From: Deltaproteobacteria bacterium | GTDB lineage: Bacteria > Myxococcota > Kuafuiibacteriia > Kuafuiibacteriales > Kuafuiibacteriaceae | Assembly (NCBI GenBank): GCA_040218735.1 | Contig: JAVJQW010000042.1 | Coordinates: forward strand, 64,001 to 128,000 | Direction: 5' to 3' | Length of the DNA stretch: 64,000 bases | In this document: in pieces, positions 10,398-19,168 of the stretch | How positions within the stretch are numbered: the stretch's first letter is position 1 | Layout of the letters: each line of letters opens with the position of its first letter | The notes under the pieces: model-generated | Databases searched by the model: none | What the model saw: the letters and a program-made list of their open reading frames with translations, nothing else | Told to the model about the DNA's origin: nothing | Program-made: the position numbers and the translations under genes

Positions 10398-12037
10398 GCG
10401 TAGAGCGCCTCCAGACGCTCGCCGAACGCTTCGTAGACCTTCTTGCGACGGAGCTTCAGCGTCGGCGTCAGGAACCCGTCCTCCACCGTGAGCGGGCGCT
10501 CCATCACGCGGAAGCGCTTGATCGTCTCACAGCTCGCGAGGTTCTCGTTCACGGCGTCGACTGTGGCCTGAAGCCGCGCTTCGTCCCATGCGACGTCCGA
10601 CCGAACCCACACCCCCGCGACGAGGTACTTCTTGCCGTCCCCGTACACCACGAGGTGCTCGATGATCGGGTCGTCGTTGAACCGAACCTCGATGTTCGCC
10701 GGCGAGACGTTCTTGCCGCCCGCCGTCACGAGGATCTCCTTCTTACGTCCGACGATGCGAAGGAACCCACTCTCCGTGAACGCGCCGAGGTCACCGGTCT
10801 TGAACCAACCGTCCTCCGTGAACGCGGCCTTCGTGGCGATCGGATCGCGGTGGTACCCACCGAATACGTTGGGTCCCTTCGCGAGGATCTCACCGTCTTC
10901 GTCCAGTCTGAGCTCCACGGACGGGAACGGTTTGCCGACCGTGGTGAAGTCGAAGTCATCCGGTCGGTTCATCGTCAGCGTCGGCGATGTCTCGGTGAGC
11001 CCGTACCCTTCGATGATCAGCACACCCTCTTCGAGGAAGCGCTCCTTGATCTCACGCTTGAGACCGGCGCCGCCCGAGAGGCAGAAACGCAGGCGCCCGC
11101 CCGTGACCTCCGCGAACGACTTCTCCTTCGCGGCGAGCGCGATCTTCTCCCAGTAGGACGGCACGCTCATCAACGTTTGTGGTCGCACGATGGGGAGCAG
11201 CTCAATCACCTGCGGCGGCGTGCACATGTGGCTCGTCCAGCCGAGGAGGTTCCCGATGCACGCTTCGCCGTAGCCGAACACGTGGCTCATCGGCAGCCAC
11301 AGCAGATCGACGTCGCCCTCCGCGAGCTTCGGCGCGAGCACCCGCAGCCAGTCGCGCTGGTTCTCACCCATATTCGCGTGCGTGAGCGGGACGCCCTTCG
11401 GGTTGCCGGTCGTGCCGCTCGTGTAGAGCATGATGGCGCGGTCTTCGAGCTTCGCTTCTTCGAGGCGACGGTCGAGCTCGCCGGTGCGGAAGCGGTCGCG
11501 TCCGACGGTGCGCACGGTCGACCACGACACCACGCGGCGCTCGATCTCCGTGAAGTCGGGGCCGTGGTTCGCGTTCCGGCGGGCGCTGGCGAGATCGATG
11601 CCGTCGTCGAGACAGATCACCTGGGCGTCGGGCGCGAGTGCGTCCCACGCTTCGAAGACACGCGTCAGAAGCACCTCGGTGTCGACGAAGAGGAAGCGCG
11701 CGTCGGAGTGCGAGAGGATGTAACCCGCCTGCTCGGCGGTCGACGACGCGTAGATCGGGACCATCACGCCGCGCGCGGCTTCGGTCGCGAGCGCGGCCTC
11801 CATCCACTCCACGCGGTTGGGCGCGAAGATCGCGGCGACGCGGTCGGGGCCGAGCCCCTCGCTCACCAGGTACGCGGCGACTTCGCGGACCCGTTCGGCG
11901 TGCTCACCGAGCGTGACTTCGCGGGTGTTGCCCTCTGCGTCCCGAAGGACGTAGCGGACGTGATCCTTGTGCGCCGCCGCGGCGGAGAACAGGACCTGGG
12001 GTGCGGTGCGGACGTCGAGGTACTTCGAGACGTCCAT
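10394..12037 (-). CDS. fadD: Long-chain fatty acid-CoA ligase (AMP-forming)
   Basis: YTSGTTGNPKG, EGYGLTE, GWFKTGDLG, GRKKEILVTAGGKNVSP, LTPTLKLRR. Confidence 0.9.
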   Translation of the reverse strand: MDVSKYLDVRTAPQVLFSAAAAHKDHVRYVLRDAEGNTREVTLGEHAERVREVAAYLVSEGLGPDRVAAIFAPNRVEWMEAALATEAARGVMVPIYASSTAEQAGYILSHSDARFLFVDTEVLLTRVFEAWDALAPDAQVICLDDGIDLASARRNANHGPDFTEIERRVVSWSTVRTVGRDRFRTGELDRRLEEAKLEDRAIMLYTSGTTGNPKGVPLTHANMGENQRDWLRVLAPKLAEGDVDLLWLPMSHVFGYGEACIGNLLGWTSHMCTPPQVIELLPIVRPQTLMSVPSYWEKIALAAKEKSFAEVTGGRLRFCLSGGAGLKREIKERFLEEGVLIIEGYGLTETSPTLTMNRPDDFDFTTVGKPFPSVELRLDEDGEILAKGPNVFGGYHRDPIATKAAFTEDGWFKTGDLGAFTESGFLRIVGRKKEILVTAGGKNVSPANIEVRFNDDPIIEHLVVYGDGKKYLVAGVWVRSDVAWDEARLQATVDAVNENLASCETIKRFRVMERPLTVEDGFLTPTLKLRRKKVYEAFGERLEALYA

Positions 12038-12040
12038 GAC

Positions 12041-12337
12041 TCACGCTCCTTCGGCCGCGTCTTCGATCTGATCCTCGAGATCGATCAGCCGTCGCTCGAG
12101 CTCGTTGAGCGCGTGCAGCGTGCGCTCTTGGTCGTGTTTGGTCGGCAGGCCCATCTGACCCCACCACAGGCGAAGCGCCTGGTCCGAGGCGGCCTTCCCC
12201 TTCATCATCGTGGTCAGCATCTTCCCGGCCGGCTCCAGCACCAGCGGGCTCTCCAGCCAGACCTGCATCAGGTCCGACGTCGCCTTCTCCCAGACGTTGA
12301 AGCTCTTCTTGAACTGCTCCCAAGGCATCGTGCTCAT
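12041..12337 (-). CDS. Short PhaE-like PHA synthase partner subunit
   Basis: C-terminal GLPTKHDQERTLHALNELERRL resembles the PhaE LPTR..ELER box; GGAG RBS; PHA gene context. Confidence 0.7.
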   Translation of the reverse strand: MSTMPWEQFKKSFNVWEKATSDLMQVWLESPLVLEPAGKMLTTMMKGKAASDQALRLWWGQMGLPTKHDQERTLHALNELERRLIDLEDQIEDAAEGA

Positions 12338-12366
12338 CCTCTCGGCTCCCTCCGGCGACACTTTGT

Positions 12367-12378
12367 TGCGCCGCACAA
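12367..12378. promoter_or_regulatory. PhaR-binding box
   Basis: TGCGCCGCACAA fits the TGC-N3-GCA PhaR-type operator; lies between the divergent phaE-like gene and phaR. Confidence 0.7.
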
Positions 12379-12479
12379 TATCGATGAGGGCCAACCTAGG
12401 CATCAAGCCGCCGCGTCGTCAACCGTCTTACTGCGCCGCCGCAATTCCTTCCTGGACCCCCGCGCTCGGGTGCGGCACC

Positions 12480-13091
12480 ATGGCGGCGGTGCAGCAACCC
12501 AAGGGCATCGTCGTCATCAAGAAATACAGTAATCGGCGGCTCTACGACACGGGCGAAAGTCGGTACGTGACGCTCGACGAGCTGGCGGAGAAGATCCGCA
12601 GCGGGTTCGACGTCCGCGTCGTCGACGCGAAGTCCAACGCCGACCTCACCCAGCCCACGCTCGCCCAGATCATCCTCGAGAGCCGCCGCGCGGCGCGTCT
12701 CCTCCCTTCGTCGCTCTTGCTGCAGCTGATTCGCATGGACGACGACACCCTCGCCGAATTCTTCGGAAACTGGCTCTCCTGGGCCCTCGAGGTGTACCGC
12801 TTCGGTCGTCAGGGGGCGCAGGCCATCGCGCCGATCAACCCGTTCGCGACGCTCCCGTTCACGGCGACCAACGCCATCGCGCGGATGTTCTCGCAGGGCC
12901 AGGCGCCCTGGGGACAGCAGCAATCCGCGCCGCCTCCGCCTCCGCCGTTCACGGAGGAGACCCCTCCGCCGCCCGACGACGAGGGGCAGGAGGCCCCGGC
13001 GGCCGCAGACCAACGCGGCGACGACATCGCGGAGCTGCGTGCCGAGATCGCCGCGCTGAAGGATGCGCTCCTCGCTGGCCGCAAAGATTGA
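12480..13091 (+). CDS. phaR: PHA synthesis repressor
   Basis: IKKYSNRRLYDT..SRYVTLDEL..VVDAKS..DLT..TLAQIILE DNA-binding domain. Confidence 0.92.
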   Translation: MAAVQQPKGIVVIKKYSNRRLYDTGESRYVTLDELAEKIRSGFDVRVVDAKSNADLTQPTLAQIILESRRAARLLPSSLLLQLIRMDDDTLAEFFGNWLSWALEVYRFGRQGAQAIAPINPFATLPFTATNAIARMFSQGQAPWGQQQSAPPPPPPFTEETPPPPDDEGQEAPAAADQRGDDIAELRAEIAALKDALLAGRKD

Positions 13092-13110
13092 CGCGCCACA
13101 GCAAAATTTT

Positions 13111-13122
13111 TGCACCGCACAA
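13111..13122. promoter_or_regulatory. PhaR-binding box
   Basis: TGCACCGCACAA in an A/T-tract context, immediately upstream of the phasin -35. Confidence 0.75.
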
Positions 13123-13130
13123 AAAATCGG

Positions 13131-13159
13131 TTGACGGTCTCCCTTTCGAGCCTTAGTCT
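13131..13159 (+). promoter_or_regulatory. Sigma-70-type promoter of the phasin operon
   Basis: TTGACG-N17-TAGTCT. Confidence 0.65.
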
Positions 13160-13213
13160 GCTCGGCGTAGGACGGCACAGGGTCGTCCAAAAAGGCGAAA
13201 AGGAACCAAACCA

Positions 13214-13504
13214 ATGGCGACGAAACGTACTACGCAGGCGCAGCAAGACGGTGCCGAAAAGGTCGAAGCGGCCGCCGAAGCCCACATCGCGCGGGTGGAG
13301 GCCATGTTCGGTGAGCTCGAGAAGCTCCAGAAGACCAACATCGAGCAGTTCGAGATGGCGGTCGACGAGAGCGCGAAGCTCATGAAGGCCTCCGCCGACT
13401 ACACGGCGAAGATGATGGACGAGTGGCGTCGGGTGGCCCTGACCACGAGCCGGCAGGCGGTCTCGGCCTTCTCCTCGATGTCCACGATCCCCTTCGCGAG
13501 CTGA
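13214..13504 (+). CDS. Phasin-like granule-associated protein
   Basis: 96-aa amphipathic helical protein, AAGGA RBS, PhaR box upstream, followed by phaC. Confidence 0.65.
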   Translation: MATKRTTQAQQDGAEKVEAAAEAHIARVEAMFGELEKLQKTNIEQFEMAVDESAKLMKASADYTAKMMDEWRRVALTTSRQAVSAFSSMSTIPFAS

Positions 13505-13508
13505 ACCG

Positions 13509-14501
13509 ATGAAGATCGCGCCCACGCCAAAGGACGAGATTTTCTCCGAAGGCACGGCGCGGCTGTATCGATTCCGCCGGCCCTCCGATGACGTCTCGGA
13601 GGTGCCGGCGACCCGGTACCCGCTGCTGGTCGTCCCTTCGCTGATCAATCGCTGGTATATCCTCGATCTACTCAGTGGAATGAGCGTCGTCGAAGCCTGC
13701 TCACAACAGCTCGACACCTACTTGCTCGATTGGGGCGTCCCGAACGACGAGGACCGGTACCTCACTTGGAACCACGTACTCAAACGCCTCGCGCGCGCCG
13801 TGCGCCGCGTGAAGCGCGCGACGGGCTCGCCCAAGGTCTCGATCCTCGGGTACTGCATGGGCGGGACGCTGTCGTCGATCTACACGGCGCTCCACCCCGA
13901 TCAGGTGAGCGCGCTCGTGAACCTCGCCGGCCCGATCGACTTTTCGAAGGGCGGGCGGCTGCAGAACATGACGGACCCGCGCTGGTTCGACGTGGATGCG
14001 ATCGTCGCGACGGGTAACCTCGCCGCGCCGCAGATGCAGAGCGGCTTCACGATGCTGCGTCCGCTGCTGTCGATCTCGAAGTGGGTCAACTACCCGGACA
14101 TCGCGTTCGACCCGGCGAAGAAGGAGCACTTCGAGGCGATGGAGCAGTGGGCGAGCGACAACACGCCGTTCCCCGCGGCGGCGTACCGCACGTACATCCA
14201 CGACCTCTATCAGAACAACGCGCTCGTGAACGGCTCGCACCGAGCCCTCGGTCGCGCGGTGGATCTCGCCGAGATCACGTGTCCGGTTCTGTCCATCGTT
14301 GCTTCGAAGGACGGGATCTGTCCGGCCCCGGCGGCGACCGCGCTCAACGACGCGGTGTCCAGCAAACGCACGGACGTGCTGGAGATCCGCGGAGGACACG
14401 TCGGCGCCGTCGTCGGTCCGCGCGCTTCGACCACGCTCTATCCGGGCCTCGTCGACTGGCTCATGAAGAACACCGCGCGCGCACCCGTTGCCCTCGTCTG
14501 A
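13509..14501 (+). CDS. phaC: Class III-type PHA synthase, copy 2
   Basis: VPSLINRWYILDL, LDWG, GYCMGG, Asp (SKDGICP), His (GGHVG). Confidence 0.88.
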   Translation: MKIAPTPKDEIFSEGTARLYRFRRPSDDVSEVPATRYPLLVVPSLINRWYILDLLSGMSVVEACSQQLDTYLLDWGVPNDEDRYLTWNHVLKRLARAVRRVKRATGSPKVSILGYCMGGTLSSIYTALHPDQVSALVNLAGPIDFSKGGRLQNMTDPRWFDVDAIVATGNLAAPQMQSGFTMLRPLLSISKWVNYPDIAFDPAKKEHFEAMEQWASDNTPFPAAAYRTYIHDLYQNNALVNGSHRALGRAVDLAEITCPVLSIVASKDGICPAPAATALNDAVSSKRTDVLEIRGGHVGAVVGPRASTTLYPGLVDWLMKNTARAPVALV

Positions 14502-14525
14502 ACGAGCGTCTAAGAGGGCCGCACC

Positions 14526-16484
14526 ATGCAAGTTGGGGTGATTGGCTCGGGGTCCATCGGACCCGATCTCGCTTACGGATTTGTCTCTGCGATCGCGCGC
14601 CGCCCGGGCGCGAAGGTCTTCCTCGTCGACATTCGACAGGAGGCCCTCGACCAAGGGCTCGCGCGCATCGACAAGTACCTGGCGAAGGCACGCGACAAGG
14701 GGAAGCTCAACGAGAAGGCGGAGGCCGCCGTGCGTGCCGCGCTCGTACCGACGCTCTCGCTCGCAGATCTGAAGGACTGTGAGTACGTGCTCGAAGCGGC
14801 GAGTGAAGACCTCCCGATCAAGAAGAAGATCCTCGCCGACCTCGAAGAGGTCGTGTCGAAGGACTGCCTGATCGGCTTCGCGACGTCCGGCATCCCGCGC
14901 GCGCAGATCGCCGACGCGGCGAAGCACCCGGAGCGTTGTTTCGTGAACCACCCGTTCTACCCGGCGTGGCGTTCGCCGCCGGTCGAGGTCGTGTTGTCGG
15001 GTGACGACGCGCTCGGCGAGCGGATGATGAAGACGCTGAAGACGCTCGGGAAGGTCCCGGTGGTCACGAAGGACATCGAGTGCTTCGCGATCGACGACAT
15101 CTTCTGCAACTACGTCTCCGAGGCGGCGCGCATCGTCGCCGAGGGCGTCGCGACGCCCGCGCAGGTCGACGCGATCGTCAACGACGCGATCGGTGGCGGC
15201 GGTCCGCTCACCGTCATGGATCTCACGCGCGGGAACATGCTCGTCGTGAAGTGTCAGCGCCTCATGCAAAACGCGCCGCACGGGAACGACTGGTTCGCGC
15301 CGCCGAAGATCCTCGAGGAGACCGGCCGCTGGCACGACCGCGAGAACCCGGGCGATCGCAAGTACGACGACACACTCGCGGAGGCGGTCCTCAGCCGCAT
15401 CCTCGCGGTGCTCTTGGCTCGGACGTTCTTCGTCGCCGACGAGGGTGTGTGCTCGCACACCGAGCTGAACTGGATGTCGCGGATGGCGCTCGGGTTCAGC
15501 AAGGGCGTGCTGGAGATCGCGGATCAGGTCGGCGCCGAGAAGGTGCGGGAGCTGTGTGTCGCCTACAAGGCGAACAACCCCGGCTTCACGTTCACGCGGA
15601 GCATCAGCGACGCGACGTTCCCGAAGTACAAGGCAAACGTGCTCGTGGAGCGCGACGGGGACATCGGCACGGTGCGGGTGTTCCGGCCCGAGGTGATGAA
15701 CGCGCTGTCGAGCCGCACGATCGCGGAGATCGACGAGGCCTTCGACGAGCTGCTCGGTGACGACAAGATCAGGGGCGTGGTCTTCACCAGCTCGAACGGC
15801 GCGCTGGCGGGTGCGGACATCCGCGAGCTCGCTGCGCTCCCGACCGCCGAGGCGTGCACGGCGATCTGCATGACGACGCACCCGATCATGCGCAAGTTCG
15901 AGAAGGCCAAGAAACCCGTCGTCGCAGCGCTCGACGGCCCGGTGATGGGTGGCGGCGCGGAGTTCTCGATGGCGTGCCACGGGCGCGTGGTCGGCAAGTC
16001 GCTGATCATGAGCCAGCCCGAGGTGAACCTCGGCATCATCCCCGGCTACGGCGGGACGATGCGTCTGCCGCGGTTGGTGGGCGTCGAGCTCGCGGCGGAG
16101 CTGGTGCGCACGGGTCGCGTCGTGAAGGCGGACGAAGCTGCGCGCATCGGGTGGGCCACCGAGCAGACGGTCGGCGACGTGGAGGTCGCGGCGAAGCGTT
16201 TGATTCGTCGGCACCTCGAAGGCTCCGCGATCGTGGAGCCGGTGTCGGAGGCGCCGATGGAGATCGGTGAGCTGCCGAACGTCGAGCTCGGGCACCTATC
16301 CCGCGCGATCGACGCGGTGATCGTTCACGTCTTGCAAGACGGGTTGACGAAGTCACTCGACGAGGGGCTCGCGGTCGAGGCGGAAGCGTTCGGTCGCTGC
16401 CGCGACATCGAGGACATGCAGATCGGCATGCAGAACTTCATGAAGAACGGGCCGCGCGTGAAGGCTCAGTTCGTTCACCGCTGA
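14526..16484 (+). CDS. 3-hydroxyacyl-CoA dehydrogenase / enoyl-CoA hydratase fusion (dehydrogenase N-terminal)
   Basis: GVIGSGSIG, EAASEDLPIKK, HPFYP; crotonase motifs AGADI, GGGAEF, QPEVNLGIIPGYGG. Confidence 0.9.
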   Translation: MQVGVIGSGSIGPDLAYGFVSAIARRPGAKVFLVDIRQEALDQGLARIDKYLAKARDKGKLNEKAEAAVRAALVPTLSLADLKDCEYVLEAASEDLPIKKKILADLEEVVSKDCLIGFATSGIPRAQIADAAKHPERCFVNHPFYPAWRSPPVEVVLSGDDALGERMMKTLKTLGKVPVVTKDIECFAIDDIFCNYVSEAARIVAEGVATPAQVDAIVNDAIGGGGPLTVMDLTRGNMLVVKCQRLMQNAPHGNDWFAPPKILEETGRWHDRENPGDRKYDDTLAEAVLSRILAVLLARTFFVADEGVCSHTELNWMSRMALGFSKGVLEIADQVGAEKVRELCVAYKANNPGFTFTRSISDATFPKYKANVLVERDGDIGTVRVFRPEVMNALSSRTIAEIDEAFDELLGDDKIRGVVFTSSNGALAGADIRELAALPTAEACTAICMTTHPIMRKFEKAKKPVVAALDGPVMGGGAEFSMACHGRVVGKSLIMSQPEVNLGIIPGYGGTMRLPRLVGVELAAELVRTGRVVKADEAARIGWATEQTVGDVEVAAKRLIRRHLEGSAIVEPVSEAPMEIGELPNVELGHLSRAIDAVIVHVLQDGLTKSLDEGLAVEAEAFGRCRDIEDMQIGMQNFMKNGPRVKAQFVHR

Positions 16485-16487
16485 GCC

Positions 16488-19085
16488 TCACGGGCCGAAC
16501 ATCCGGAACGCTGCCCAGTCCGAGTCCGGCGCTGCCTCGCGTGTCTGCTGTTGCGCAGCGCGGAATGCGGCGTCGAACGTCTCCTCTTCCTTCAAAGCTC
16601 GGTAGAACACACGCGCGAAGCGAACGGCGTCATCATCGGCGACCGGACGTACCGCTGCGACCACGCGCTGCGCTCCGCGGACCACGAACGCCTGCGCGGC
16701 GCCGAGCGTGAGGGTGGTCGCGAGTGGCTCGGAGCGCGCGAGATCACACCCCGCGAGGACGATGGTCTCGGGGACGCGCGGGAGGTGGAGGATGTCGCTC
16801 GTGGTGAGCTGGAGGTGCTCGGAGATCTTCAGCGCGCTCTCGATGCCGTCGGGGCCGGCGGACCTTCCGTGGCCGGCGAAGTGGAAGTGTTCGGCCGTGG
16901 CGAGCGCGTCGTAGAGCGCCGACGGCGTGGCACCGGCGGATGAAGTCTCGAGCGCGGCACGTACTGCGGCCTCCTCGGCGTCGGCGTTGCGGAGGGTGCC
17001 GGTGCGGTCGCGGGCGATGAGCGCGCGACGCGGTGTGGGTGCGTTGCCGGCGACGGCGAGGTCCAAGGCGTAGCGCACCGACTTCGTCTCGCCGAGGGGG
17101 TGCCCGTCCAGGTCGAGGGCGTGGAAATCCACATCCTCGAGCGCCCCGGGCGCGACGAACACGACGTGTGCGTTCGCGCGGAGCAGCGGCGCGAACCGCT
17201 TCACGATGTCCGCGGGCGTCTGGACCCGCTCGATTCGCGTCTGTTCTGCAGTGAGCGCAAAGGCCGCCCAGGTCTCCGTGTCGAGCGGGTGCAGCACGAG
17301 CATCACCTCGTCCGTCGCCGGACGGCGCGGCTCGGTGTTCGTCGCCGTGATCAGCTTCGCGTCGAGAGTGTCCCGGAGTGACGCGCGGATCGAAGCCATC
17401 TGGTCGTGCAGCGCGCTCGACTCCTCCTCCGCGAGTCGCCACGACGAACCCGATTCCCCCTGCAAGCTGCGTTGACGCCGCTGATAGTCCGCGAGTAGAG
17501 CCTCCCACCGCGATCGGCTCTCGGAGTCCAGGGCCGCGAGCCGCGAAGCCCGCACCAGGTTGTCGACGTTGCGCCGCAGGCTCCGCCGCGCGACCAGCGC
17601 CGCCTCCTCCTTTCGCTCGAGACGAAGCAGTACGTTCAAGAGTCGAAGTGTCCCGGGGCTCCGCGCGTCGGCGAAGCTCGCGCGTCCCTCGCCGAACGGC
17701 ACGAGCGCGAGCTGACGATCCACGCTGCGCTCGGCCGCGCGGTACGCCTCGGCAGCTTCCTCCCAGCGCTCGGTGATCTCCAGCGCTCGCCCGCGCCCGA
17801 GCGCGGCGCGCCAGCGCGCCTGTTCGTCGGCGCGCGCGACGCCGAACGCATCGAGCCTCGCGAACGCCGAGAGCGCCTCGTCGTGTCGACCGCGCAGGCG
17901 CGCGATGTGCCCGCGAAGCTCCATCCGCCACGCCCGCGTGCGCGCGTCGTCGCCCGTGAGCTCGGCCTCGGCGCGGAGCAGCTCGGCCTCGGCCTCGTCG
18001 GCGCGGCGGAGCTCGACGTGGAGGAACGCCAGGTTGAGACGGATGAACGGAGCGACCTGGGAGCCGCAAGCCGGCGCGTCCTCGAGTGCGGCCGCGAACA
18101 GCTGCTCGATGGCGGAGACTTCCAAGAGCGGGCGCTGAGCCTCGGCGGCGATCATCGCGGTCCAGGCACGTTGGTTGGCGAACATGGCGCGCTGGCAGGG
18201 GGCGTCTTCGGGGAGCGTACGGTTCAGCAATGACGCGGCGTCTTCGAAGCGCCCGACGCTACGAAGGAGGCGCGCCTTCTGTTCGACGGCAAGGAGAAGG
18301 ACGTCGTGAAGCCCAAGGCGTCGCAAGCGAGTGATGGACCGGTCGAAGTACTGGAGCGCGAGGCGTACGTTGAATGTCTCCAACGCCAGCATGCCCTCGT
18401 AGTACGGCCAGAGCGCCTCATGTGTCGGGCTGTACTTCGTGCAGCTCTGGCCTCCGTCCAGCGCCGCATTCGCCATTCGCGTGCGCAGGCCCTCCTTGGC
18501 GAAGTACGCCCAGGCTAAACGAACATCGCAGGCCTCCGACAGCCAGCCCTGCATCTCGAGATCGACCACGGCGCTCTCGAAGATGTGCGCTGCGGCGCCG
18601 ATCCCACGGGTTGCCGCCACGATTCGAGCCCGTACTCCCACGGCCCTCTCCCTGAGCTTAGGAGGGAGCGCGTCGATCTCGGCGAGCGCCCGTTCTGGAG
18701 CCGAACGTCGGAGGTGGTCGATGCGTTCGAGCTCAGTGGGTTCGAGCTGACCGATCTCGAGGGCCCACAACTGTGAGCTCTTCACCTCGAGCCTCCTCGA
18801 ACTCACTCCGACGAGGACCGTGTACTGCGCACCACCGGCGAGCCTCGTCGACGGAGCCTCCACCGGCTCGCCATTCAACGAAATCGTGACGGACGCGCCG
18901 AGCTCGTCGGGCACCCAGAGCGTGAGCGTACTGGTCCGAGACAGCAGACAAACCGGTCCCGAACGCACGGACTGACAGCCTGTCCACGCGATGTCAGCCG
19001 GTGGCGCCGTCTCGCGAAGCGCAAGCCACGACGCCCCCGCGGTGAGCACGCACGCGCCGACGAGCGCGATGACTGCGCGCTTCAT
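16488..19085 (-). CDS. Exported TPR-CHAT (caspase-like) protease
   Basis: N-terminal signal/TM, TPR-like helices, catalytic HFAGHG and VLAGC, C-terminal WAAF. Confidence 0.88.
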   Translation of the reverse strand: MKRAVIALVGACVLTAGASWLALRETAPPADIAWTGCQSVRSGPVCLLSRTSTLTLWVPDELGASVTISLNGEPVEAPSTRLAGGAQYTVLVGVSSRRLEVKSSQLWALEIGQLEPTELERIDHLRRSAPERALAEIDALPPKLRERAVGVRARIVAATRGIGAAAHIFESAVVDLEMQGWLSEACDVRLAWAYFAKEGLRTRMANAALDGGQSCTKYSPTHEALWPYYEGMLALETFNVRLALQYFDRSITRLRRLGLHDVLLLAVEQKARLLRSVGRFEDAASLLNRTLPEDAPCQRAMFANQRAWTAMIAAEAQRPLLEVSAIEQLFAAALEDAPACGSQVAPFIRLNLAFLHVELRRADEAEAELLRAEAELTGDDARTRAWRMELRGHIARLRGRHDEALSAFARLDAFGVARADEQARWRAALGRGRALEITERWEEAAEAYRAAERSVDRQLALVPFGEGRASFADARSPGTLRLLNVLLRLERKEEAALVARRSLRRNVDNLVRASRLAALDSESRSRWEALLADYQRRQRSLQGESGSSWRLAEEESSALHDQMASIRASLRDTLDAKLITATNTEPRRPATDEVMLVLHPLDTETWAAFALTAEQTRIERVQTPADIVKRFAPLLRANAHVVFVAPGALEDVDFHALDLDGHPLGETKSVRYALDLAVAGNAPTPRRALIARDRTGTLRNADAEEAAVRAALETSSAGATPSALYDALATAEHFHFAGHGRSAGPDGIESALKISEHLQLTTSDILHLPRVPETIVLAGCDLARSEPLATTLTLGAAQAFVVRGAQRVVAAVRPVADDDAVRFARVFYRALKEEETFDAAFRAAQQQTREAAPDSDWAAFRMFGP

Positions 19086-19168
19086 GCGCGCGTGCCGAGC
19101 GCATCGAAGCTCTGGTCGCGGGGCACGACCGGAGGGTCGGGCGCGCCATGCGTGGAGTCAACTCGAGG

